NCBI GenBank assembly: GCA_021107795.1
Contig: JAIOSB010000029.1
Coordinates: 1-43,039, forward strand
DNA: 43,039 nt
Origin: a bacterium
Lineage (GTDB): Bacteria; Patescibacteriota; Dojkabacteria; SC72
Direction of reading: 5' to 3'
A program made the position numbers and the translations under genes. The notes beneath the pieces are model-generated. The model was not told the DNA's origin. It saw only the letters and a list, made by a program, of their open reading frames with translations, and made no database searches. Of this stretch, positions 35,053 to 43,039 are shown piece after piece. Each line of letters opens with the position of its first letter. Within the stretch, counting starts at the first letter, position 1.

Positions 35053-37383
35053 TTACTTCCTTATCTTACCTACACGTTTCAGCAAAGAACCTGTAGCTTC
35101 TTTGTATTTCTTAATAAGTAATGATCCTCCAGACGTTAAATCTATAATCCCTGCTAGAACAATTGTAGAATCCAAGACCTTCCTTACTCCTTGATAATTA
35201 TCGATCTTATACTCCACCTCCCCTAGCAATGTTACCTCCTTACTCTCTAATAAGTTACGCTCCTCATCATACGCTTGTATCTCTATTACATTTTCTCCAG
35301 ATTCAAGATATTTCCTTATTCTACTGATTGAGAAGCTCATCTCCCAAGCCTCGGAGTTTGCATAAACAGACGCTATTGTATCCCCATCTAACTTAGCAAT
35401 AATCCACACCTTCTTAAGTGCAAGACCCTTAAGCTGAACCATATCCCTATCCTCAATATCTATCTCGGCAATATATATATCGAAAACATCCTCCTCCTCT
35501 GCTTCTGGAGTAGTATCTTCCTCGTTCTCATCTTCTTCCTCTTCGTCATCATTGTTTGATTGTGTACCTGATGGGACGTAAGTATTTCCATCATCGTCAT
35601 CATCCTCTGGTGGAGGGTCTTCAGTCCCAGTGGTATACCAAAGCTCTACCGAATTTATCTCAACCTGCTGTGTATTATCTGATGTCAAAAACCCTCTGAA
35701 AAAGAACTCCCCCGTACCTACTGAACTATGAAAAGTTGACATATTTGCAGATATGACACTTGCTGTACTCGCCTCAGATGGTGCTCCCTGTCCTGTCTCC
35801 TTAATCCACTCCGTACCACCCCAGTAATACCAATCCCCATTGTTATTAGAAATCTGATATCTTACAACTCCTTCATTCCCTGCTCCCAGTACTTCTGTAA
35901 AGGATGTTAGTTGTGTATATGTAGTACCTGTATTGTTTGAAACTGTTGGGCTGTCTGTAGAGTAATGGTCTGGTCCTACTTCTATACTCTTTAGCTCTGG
36001 TGTGTAAGAAGAGTTGTCTGTTTCAAAATATGTCTTGTATTGAAAATATTGGTTGTCTGTGACATTGGTCAAACTCAGACTTGGTGTACCAAGAGTTGAA
36101 TTACTCAGTTCATCGTAAAAGTCCCCTGTTGTTCCATTTGGTCCTACAAAGTTTCCAGTCAAAGGGTTGGTGTCTCCACTTCTCACTTGAATCTTTAGTC
36201 GCAATGCTCCTCTTTTGTAGATATCAAGTATCTCCGTTGAAGACAAGCCCCTATTCCATACAGCTACCTCATCTATATCTCCATGGAAGAAATGAGCTGC
36301 TGAATCAGAATACCACCTACCAATGATTGTTTCTATCTCAACAGGATACAATGTTACACCACTTTGAGTCTGAGTTTGCTGTACGCCGTCCACATACATA
36401 TACATTGTTCCACTATCTACCACTCCTACCACATGGTACCACCTACCTGTAACTGCTGGATCGTTTGAATGTATTGCCCAATAAGCTGTAGTATTTCGAC
36501 CCACAAAGTAAGTCCATCTCTGATCAGTCCACTTTCCTAATGTAGTACCCCTTCTATTACCAATTGAATTACTTCCACCATACATTCCTTGATAACTGCC
36601 TAAACCGTCTAATTTCAACCACATGGAAACGGTGATATTACCTCCAATATGCAAACTATCCGCATTCCCACAATTGATAATGTCGTTACTGCCATCGAAA
36701 CCAATTGCATTATTTAATTTTCCAGACTGGGAATACAAAGTTCCATTGTAAGTTCCACTATTCCCTTGTCCAGAACTATCCACTATTGTTCCACTTGCTT
36801 CGTTCATATGCATTAACAAAACATTTCCACTCATATTTGCATTACCCGAATTGTAACCTGTTTCTGTTTGAGCATTACCCGGAAGTTCTTTGTATGTTGG
36901 TCGTTGTGGAGCCCAAGATATTGTATCCCAGCTTGTACTACCTTTTGCGTCCAATACTCGTGATGTAAAATCTCCACTCCCACTTATCTGTCCAGCAGTT
37001 GTTAATTCTACCCATTCACTACTACTATCCCACTGAGTATTAGAATGTGTACCATCTCCAAACCCTTCTTGTGTATTGTCCGAATCCTCTTGATCAAATG
37101 GTATTAACTTTACAACTCCACCAACAATCTCCGCATAAGTATCATCAGAAAGAGTATATTTAGAAGAGTCTGCAAAACTCCATTCCGTTGTTCCACTTTG
37201 TACCCCTAATATTGTCCCCTCTACTTCAAATATGGAAAAATTCGTTTCTTCACCAAATATAGAAAGAAGAAGTCTACACACTATGAGAATTAGAAACAAA
37301 GCTGTCAGCAGGATAGGAATAAAGAATGGACTTTCTCGTAAGCTTTGTATCTTAAATTTTCTCATTCGATTATTCTTTTCCAT
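35053..37383 (-). CDS. LamG-like jellyroll (concanavalin A-like) surface protein, paralog 1
   Basis: N-terminal TM; LLMHMNEASGTIVDSSG..GK...AIGFDG...WYHVV...YVDGV...GDIDEVAVWNRGLS; acidic linker; C-terminal hydrophobic segment and basic tail. Confidence 0.88.
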   Translation of the reverse strand: MEKNNRMRKFKIQSLRESPFFIPILLTALFLILIVCRLLLSIFGEETNFSIFEVEGTILGVQSGTTEWSFADSSKYTLSDDTYAEIVGGVVKLIPFDQEDSDNTQEGFGDGTHSNTQWDSSSEWVELTTAGQISGSGDFTSRVLDAKGSTSWDTISWAPQRPTYKELPGNAQTETGYNSGNANMSGNVLLMHMNEASGTIVDSSGQGNSGTYNGTLYSQSGKLNNAIGFDGSNDIINCGNADSLHIGGNITVSMWLKLDGLGSYQGMYGGSNSIGNRRGTTLGKWTDQRWTYFVGRNTTAYWAIHSNDPAVTGRWYHVVGVVDSGTMYMYVDGVQQTQTQSGVTLYPVEIETIIGRWYSDSAAHFFHGDIDEVAVWNRGLSSTEILDIYKRGALRLKIQVRSGDTNPLTGNFVGPNGTTGDFYDELSNSTLGTPSLSLTNVTDNQYFQYKTYFETDNSSYTPELKSIEVGPDHYSTDSPTVSNNTGTTYTQLTSFTEVLGAGNEGVVRYQISNNNGDWYYWGGTEWIKETGQGAPSEASTASVISANMSTFHSSVGTGEFFFRGFLTSDNTQQVEINSVELWYTTGTEDPPPEDDDDDGNTYVPSGTQSNNDDEEEEDENEEDTTPEAEEEDVFDIYIAEIDIEDRDMVQLKGLALKKVWIIAKLDGDTIASVYANSEAWEMSFSISRIRKYLESGENVIEIQAYDEERNLLESKEVTLLGEVEYKIDNYQGVRKVLDSTIVLAGIIDLTSGGSLLIKKYKEATGSLLKRVGKIRK

Positions 37384-37409
37384 TTTCCTTGTTGTCTTTA
37401 TAGTTAATT

Positions 37410-37437
37410 ATTATACCTATTTTTGGACCAATGTCGA
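37410..37437 (-). promoter_or_regulatory. Putative promoter of LamG paralog 1
   Basis: TCGACA-16 nt-TATAAT; conserved with the copy at 39943-39970. Confidence 0.55.
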
Positions 37438-37565
37438 AAGTCTTATATACTACCTCCGTAAAATTGTAAAACTTTTTTTCTTAGTATATACTTTTTAATA
37501 ATTACATTCTTTCATTTTAAATTGCCTCAAAATGAAAGGTTGCTTAACATTCCATATTGTATTGG

Positions 37566-39905
37566 TTATTTCTTTTTTGCACGGCGCTTTGAAGGCTTTG
37601 ATGGTTTCGTATATTTCTTAACAAACAATGTCCCTCCAAGGGCTATATCTCCTCCTCCTACCAATGCGAGAGTTAGGTCTAAACCCTTTCTAATTTTTTG
37701 ATAATCATCAGATTTATAGTTAGTCTCCCCCAAGATGGTTACTTCCCTACTTTCTAACAAGTTGCGTTCTTCATCATATGCTTGTATCTCAATTATATTT
37801 TCTCCCTGTTCCAGATCTTTCTTTATTTCACTGATTGAAAAACTCATCTCCCAATCTTTCTCCTCTACAAAAACTGCCATTATTGTCTCATCCATATATT
37901 TTGCTACAATCCAAATCTCTTCATATGCAAGACCTTTTAATTGAATTATTTCTTTATCCTCCGAGTTCATTACCACCATATATATATCAAACATCTTCTC
38001 CTCTACTTCTGAAACATCCTCTTCTTCCTCCTTCTTCTCCGATGTTGCCTTTTGTGTAACATAGACAATATTGTTATCATCATTGTCGTCGTCGTCATCA
38101 TCGTCTGGTGGAGGATCCTCTGTACCAGTACTGTAGCTTAGTTCTAAAGAATCTATCTCAACTTGTTGCTCACCATCCGATGTAAGGAACGATTTGAAGT
38201 AGAACTCTCCAGTACCAATTGATTCTTGAAATGCTGATATGTTTGTAGATATGACACTTGCTGTGCTTGCCTCAGATGGAGAACCTTGTCCTGTCTCTTT
38301 AGTCCACTCCGTTCCTCCCCAGTAATACCAATCTACACTGTCATTAGAAATCTGATACCTTGCAACTCCTTCATTTCCTAAGCCCAGTACTTCTGTAAAG
38401 GATGTTAACTGAGTATATGTAGTACCCGTACTGTTTGAAACTGTTGGACTATCTGCAGGGTAATGGCCTGGTCCTACTTCTACACTCTTTAGCTCTGGAG
38501 TGTACGAAGAGCTATCTGTTTCAAAGTATGTCTTGTATTGGAAATATCGGTTGTCTGTGACATTGGTTAAGTTAAAACTTGGTGTACCAAGAGTTGAATT
38601 ACTCAGTTCATCGTAAAAGTCTCCTGTAGTTCCATCTGGTCCTACAAAGTCTCCTGTCAAAGGAGTAGTATCTCCACTTCTTGCTTGGATCTTTAGTCGC
38701 AATGCTCCTCTTTTGTAAATATCAAGTATTTCAGTTGGAGAAAGGCTTCTACTCCATATTGCCGTCTCATCTATATCTCCAGTAAACAGGTATCCATTCC
38801 CAAAACCAGACGATCCTAACTTTGTGTTTGCCACTTTGTTGCTAAAAGCTGCAGAGGTGAGCCCATATGTATTCACTTCTACACCATCTACATACACCCT
38901 TGCTGTTGTACCATCCCAAGAGTTTACAACATGATACCAAGTATCCACTTGAGCATTTATTCCTGTTGCTCCTGCCATATATCCCGGTCCTGAACCAGCC
39001 CCTATGGTAGCAACAATTTGCTGCGAAGTTGTTTCAAGTCCTATAAAGAAGACGGAAGAACCGACAGAAGTTCCATCGTTTCTGTGTAGCATAGTTGTCC
39101 AACCACTGGTAAGACCCGTTGGTTTCCACCATGAGCTGATAGTCATAGATGTGTAATTCCCATCTGCTGTATCTCCACAATCAACATAGTCATCTGTCCC
39201 ATCGAAACCAATAGCTCCTCCCAATTTACCAGTTTGAGAATACAGAACTCCATTGTACGTTCCATCATTCCCCTGTCCAGAGCTGTCCACTATCGTTCCA
39301 CTTGCTTCATTCATATGCGTTAGGAATATATTCCCCGTCATGTTTGCATTACCTGAACTGTAACCTGTTTCTGTTTGAGCATTACCCGGGAGTTCTTTGT
39401 ATATTGGTCGTTGTGGAACCCAAGATATTGTGCCCCAACTTGCACTACCTTTGACATCAAATATTCGTGATGTAAAATCTCCACTCCCACTTGTCTGTCC
39501 AGCAGTTGTCAATTCTACCCATTCACTTCCACTATCCCACTGAGTATTAGAATGAGTACCTGCTTCAAATCCACCCTGTGTATTATCCGAATCTTCTTGA
39601 TCTATTTGTAGAAGTTTTACAACTCCTCCTGATATTTCAGCTGTAGTATCATCAGAAAGTGTATAGTTAGAAGGATCTAGAAAGTCCCACTTCTTTGTAG
39701 CACTCTGTACACCCAATATTGTTTTATCCATATCCAATATTGAATACTCACTTTGTTGCCCAAGAACTGGAAGTAACAATCTGGTTATGGAAATAAGTCC
39801 AAAGGAAATTGTCAACACAACAAGCAATGAGAAACTCTTCCCCTTAAAAACACCCTTCTTAGGCTTTTTTCTCTTGCTCTTTGCTTTCTTTGTCCCTTTT
39901 ACCAA
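37566..39905 (-). CDS. LamG-like jellyroll surface protein, paralog 2 (TTG start uncertain)
   Basis: Same architecture as 35053-37383, with long near-identical DNA blocks at offset ~2498. Confidence 0.88.
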   Translation of the reverse strand: MVKGTKKAKSKRKKPKKGVFKGKSFSLLVVLTISFGLISITRLLLPVLGQQSEYSILDMDKTILGVQSATKKWDFLDPSNYTLSDDTTAEISGGVVKLLQIDQEDSDNTQGGFEAGTHSNTQWDSGSEWVELTTAGQTSGSGDFTSRIFDVKGSASWGTISWVPQRPIYKELPGNAQTETGYSSGNANMTGNIFLTHMNEASGTIVDSSGQGNDGTYNGVLYSQTGKLGGAIGFDGTDDYVDCGDTADGNYTSMTISSWWKPTGLTSGWTTMLHRNDGTSVGSSVFFIGLETTSQQIVATIGAGSGPGYMAGATGINAQVDTWYHVVNSWDGTTARVYVDGVEVNTYGLTSAAFSNKVANTKLGSSGFGNGYLFTGDIDETAIWSRSLSPTEILDIYKRGALRLKIQARSGDTTPLTGDFVGPDGTTGDFYDELSNSTLGTPSFNLTNVTDNRYFQYKTYFETDSSSYTPELKSVEVGPGHYPADSPTVSNSTGTTYTQLTSFTEVLGLGNEGVARYQISNDSVDWYYWGGTEWTKETGQGSPSEASTASVISTNISAFQESIGTGEFYFKSFLTSDGEQQVEIDSLELSYSTGTEDPPPDDDDDDDNDDNNIVYVTQKATSEKKEEEEDVSEVEEKMFDIYMVVMNSEDKEIIQLKGLAYEEIWIVAKYMDETIMAVFVEEKDWEMSFSISEIKKDLEQGENIIEIQAYDEERNLLESREVTILGETNYKSDDYQKIRKGLDLTLALVGGGDIALGGTLFVKKYTKPSKPSKRRAKKK

Positions 39906-39942
39906 CCTCTTAATCAGTCGAAATTAACTACTACCGCCCTTT

Positions 39943-39970
39943 ATTATACCTGTTTTCGTAACAATGTCTA
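39943..39970 (-). promoter_or_regulatory. Putative promoter of LamG paralog 2
   Basis: TAGACA-16 nt-TATAAT; duplicated together with the gene. Confidence 0.55.
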
Positions 39971-40076
39971 AAGATTTAAACTATATATATTTTCCAGCTT
40001 CTCTACCAAACAAGAAGCAACATTTCTTAAACAAGAGGTCCTTCCTTTGATAATAAAATCTGATATACTTCCCTTA

Positions 40077-41786
40077 GTGAATTCCTTCAAACATCTTAAA
40101 AAATACATAACTCGAAAAGAATACCTCTTAATGATGCTCGGGGGTTTTCTTGCATTAATCCTTGCACACTCTGTAGAACTCCTCTTCCCTACTCTAGTAT
40201 CTCAAGTCCTAGATCAATATATTCTTACACAAGCAATTGATAGTAAATACTACCTCTACACAGGAATAATACTTGTAATCGGCACCCTCTTTACATATCT
40301 AAATACATATCTAAATACACTCCTGGGAGAAAAGATAGGACAAGATCTTAAAGACAGGCTTTTCAGGAAAGTACTTAAACACAACTATTCCTACTTGGTA
40401 CACAACAAGCCTTCCAAGATATTGACCGTAATTAACAGCGATACTATATATATTAAAAACACCTTTACACAATTCGTAGGCTTAACAATCTCTTCAATAT
40501 TCTTACTAATTGGAAGTGTCGTACTAATGTTCTCTCTGAATACTCAATTAGCAACGATAATCGTGATTACAGTCCCTACTGTGATAATCATTCTACTACT
40601 ACTCATCAAAGATAAATTCAAACTCTTTAAGAAAGTCCAAGAATTAAGAGATTCCCTCAACAAGATTACAAGTGAAAATATTAAAGCAACTATGCTTGTA
40701 AAAGTTTTTGTGTCTGAAAAAACAGAAATTAAGAAATTTAAAAAAGTAAACCAGAAAAACAAAGATATCGGATTAGAAATCAATCGGATTTTCTCCCTTG
40801 TAGTACCAATTGTAAACTCTCTGGCGATAATAGCTACAATGATAATAATATACTTCGGTGGAAAACAAATAATCTATGGCGATATGACAATAGGAGAAGT
40901 GACAGCATTCAACACCTATGTACAACTCTTTACACTACCAATCCTAATGCTTGCTCTAATGACAGCAATGATAGGACAAGCAATAGCCTCTCTTAAACGT
41001 ATAGATGAAATTCTGAGTGCACCAGTAACCTTCAAAGATGGGAAATTAGCAGTAAAGAAACTTGAAACCTTCGAAGTAAAAGATCTCTCACTTAAAATTG
41101 AAGATACCGAGATATTAAAAGGTGTAAATTTTGAAATAAGGAGAGGAGAAAAGATTGGGATAGTAGGATTAACAGGTTCAGGAAAAACAATGTTTTTAAA
41201 ACACTTACTCAGAGCACTAGAACCAACTTCTGGAGAAATATTCCTGAACAAACATCCTCTGAAGGATTACAAGATTAAAGATGTTAGAAACCTTACAGGT
41301 TTTTCCTTTCAAGAGAACTTCCTGTTTAACTCCTCCGTCCTAGACAACATTAAATTCGGAAGAAATATACCAACAAAGAAAGTACTACAAGTTGCACAGA
41401 TAGCAGAGGCTGATACGTTTGTAAAAGATATGCAAGACGGCTACAACAGCAATGTAGGAGAGTTAGGAGGAAATCTCTCTGGTGGTGAGAAACAAAGGAT
41501 AATGATAGCTAGAGCATTAGCAGGAGACCCTCAACTACTCATACTAGATGACGCAACAAGCCGATTAGATATAGCTACTGAGGATAAAGTGTTTGAAAAT
41601 ATTAGAAAGAATCACAAAGACATCTCTATCATCCTCGTTGCTCAAAAGATCTCTTCTGTTAAAGATTGTAATCGTATATATATTTTCGATCAAGGAAAGA
41701 TTACGGAATTTGGTACACACGAAGAATTACTTAAACATTCTGTTCTCTATCAAGAGATAGAACTATCGCAAAAGAACTATGGATAA
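40077..41786 (+). CDS. ABC exporter subunit (TMD+NBD) carrying the degenerate site
   Basis: Likely GTG start at 40077; GLTGSGKT, LSGGEKQR, Walker B LILDDATS (D in place of the catalytic E), switch AQK (Q in place of H). Confidence 0.92.
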   Translation: MNSFKHLKKYITRKEYLLMMLGGFLALILAHSVELLFPTLVSQVLDQYILTQAIDSKYYLYTGIILVIGTLFTYLNTYLNTLLGEKIGQDLKDRLFRKVLKHNYSYLVHNKPSKILTVINSDTIYIKNTFTQFVGLTISSIFLLIGSVVLMFSLNTQLATIIVITVPTVIIILLLLIKDKFKLFKKVQELRDSLNKITSENIKATMLVKVFVSEKTEIKKFKKVNQKNKDIGLEINRIFSLVVPIVNSLAIIATMIIIYFGGKQIIYGDMTIGEVTAFNTYVQLFTLPILMLALMTAMIGQAIASLKRIDEILSAPVTFKDGKLAVKKLETFEVKDLSLKIEDTEILKGVNFEIRRGEKIGIVGLTGSGKTMFLKHLLRALEPTSGEIFLNKHPLKDYKIKDVRNLTGFSFQENFLFNSSVLDNIKFGRNIPTKKVLQVAQIAEADTFVKDMQDGYNSNVGELGGNLSGGEKQRIMIARALAGDPQLLILDDATSRLDIATEDKVFENIRKNHKDISIILVAQKISSVKDCNRIYIFDQGKITEFGTHEELLKHSVLYQEIELSQKNYG

Positions 41787-43039
41787 AGATTACAACCTAA
41801 ACAAAGATGAGAGAGTAAATACAAAGAAAGGTCTCTCTCTAATAGTACGTCATTTCAAACCATACCTTTTTACACTAGTCCTAATATCTTTTGCGCTCCT
41901 CGCTTCCAATATCTTAGGTGTTGTTTTAATCCCTAAGCTTGTTCAAAGATCAATAGATATAGATATCGCAAACAAAGATATAGATGGACTCTTAAATACA
42001 GTTACTACAGCACTCTTTGTCCTAATCTTCACAGCAATAGCTAACTATATAAGAGTAAGAACCACAGGGATACTCTCCCAAAAGGTTCTTTTTAATATAA
42101 GAGAGGAGATATTTAAAAAGATTCAAGAATTACCAACACAATTTGTTTCAGATAATCAAACAGGAGACATAATACAAAGGCTTACAGGGAATGTTGATGG
42201 TCTTAACAAGTTTTTTTCAGAAGGATTAGTTAGACTCATGAATATCTCCTTTATGATGCTCACCATATTAACAATGCTTTTCTCCCTAGATTGGAGAATA
42301 GCTTCTATTTCTCTTCTCTCTACCACTGCAGTATTCGTATTTCTTCTCGTTCAAGGAAAGTTCTTAGAGAAACCTATCAAACAGGCCTTAGACAAAGAGG
42401 GTATGGTAAGTGCTAAGGTACAAGAGTCTTTAGACGGATTTCTCCCTATCCAATCTAATAATCAACAAGGTTATTGGTCTAAACAATTGGAGAGTCTCAC
42501 ACAAAGCTATTACAAGACCTCCAAGAAAGTCTCAGCTATATCCGCAAGTGCAGACACTTTTATCACAATGATGAGTATCCTTTCTGTTGGTACTACCCTC
42601 CTCTATTCTCTTCACCTCATGTCCGCAGGGATTGTCACTTTGGGTATGGTCGTACTTTTTAATGCATACTCTCGGCAGCTTTTTAGTGGCTTAAACAAAA
42701 TCTCATATATTTGGCAGAATATTAAAACGGGATTAGCCTCAGCTTCTAGACTAAGTGAGATCTTGGAATTAGAGAATAATATTTTTTCTCCTAAGAAGGC
42801 ATACTCTCCAAAAGATATTAAGGGAGGGATAGAGTTTAGGGATGTAAACTTTGGATACAACAGTAATGATGTTGTACTCAAGGATATTAACTTTGTAGCA
42901 TATCCTGGCAAGACAATAGCTATTGTCGGTCCTACTGGCGGTGGTAAGACTACCTTCGTAAACCTCATTGCGCGACTCTATGATGTTAAGAGTGGAAAGA
43001 TTTTAGTAGATGGTACAGATGTAAAGGATTGGGATTTAG
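41779..43039 (+). CDS. ABC exporter partner subunit (partial; runs off the window)
   Basis: ATG 41779 overlaps the upstream stop; MDKDYNLNKDERVNTKKGLSLIVRHFKPY; TMD, then GGIEFRDVNFGY and Walker A VGPTGGGKTT. Confidence 0.9.
   Translation, partial: MDKDYNLNKDERVNTKKGLSLIVRHFKPYLFTLVLISFALLASNILGVVLIPKLVQRSIDIDIANKDIDGLLNTVTTALFVLIFTAIANYIRVRTTGILSQKVLFNIREEIFKKIQELPTQFVSDNQTGDIIQRLTGNVDGLNKFFSEGLVRLMNISFMMLTILTMLFSLDWRIASISLLSTTAVFVFLLVQGKFLEKPIKQALDKEGMVSAKVQESLDGFLPIQSNNQQGYWSKQLESLTQSYYKTSKKVSAISASADTFITMMSILSVGTTLLYSLHLMSAGIVTLGMVVLFNAYSRQLFSGLNKISYIWQNIKTGLASASRLSEILELENNIFSPKKAYSPKDIKGGIEFRDVNFGYNSNDVVLKDINFVAYPGKTIAIVGPTGGGKTTFVNLIARLYDVKSGKILVDGTDVKDWDL

Noticed and set aside
40077-41786. 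Inactive ABC ATPase (Walker B DD, switch Q)
   Set aside because: This is the normal degenerate site of heterodimeric exporters (TmrAB/TM287-288 type), and the partner gene follows directly.
1-43039. CRISPR array or IS element
   Set aside because: No regularly spaced non-coding repeats, cas genes, transposase or terminal inverted repeats; the long repeats are within coding sequence.

Overview
AT-rich bacterial chromosome segment. Its gene content looks like Patescibacteria/CPR (possibly Dojkabacteria; inferred from gene families, not a database hit), and it uses the standard code with TGA as stop. 1-17.3 kb is a co-directional minus-strand cell-surface cluster: a dockerin-bearing secreted protein, a membrane-anchored cohesin/Ig-repeat protein, a carboxypeptidase-regulatory-like membrane protein, and three giant fibre/adhesin genes (1550 aa, 1157 aa, and a >1755 aa ORF missing from the ORF track) built from a shared pool of modules. 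17.5-32.4 kb is housekeeping/envelope: a rare tRNA-Ile with a UAU anticodon, a VirD4-like ATPase, smpB, membrane proteins, a permuted SpoIID/LytB, five tandem VirB2/TrbC-like pilins, a UvrD helicase-PD-(D/E)XK nuclease fusion, nfo and tRNA-Ser(GCU). 32.4-35 kb is a small tRNA-adjacent accessory islet (RxxxxH HEPN-like protein, gene remnants, CPBP protease). 35-40 kb holds two tandem LamG surface-protein paralogs with conserved scaffolds and divergent LamG cores. The window ends in a heterodimeric ABC exporter. Best candidate for an undescribed system: a cellulosome-like cohesin-dockerin scaffold that displays combinatorially assembled phage-tail-fibre-like adhesins. All domain calls are by eye.
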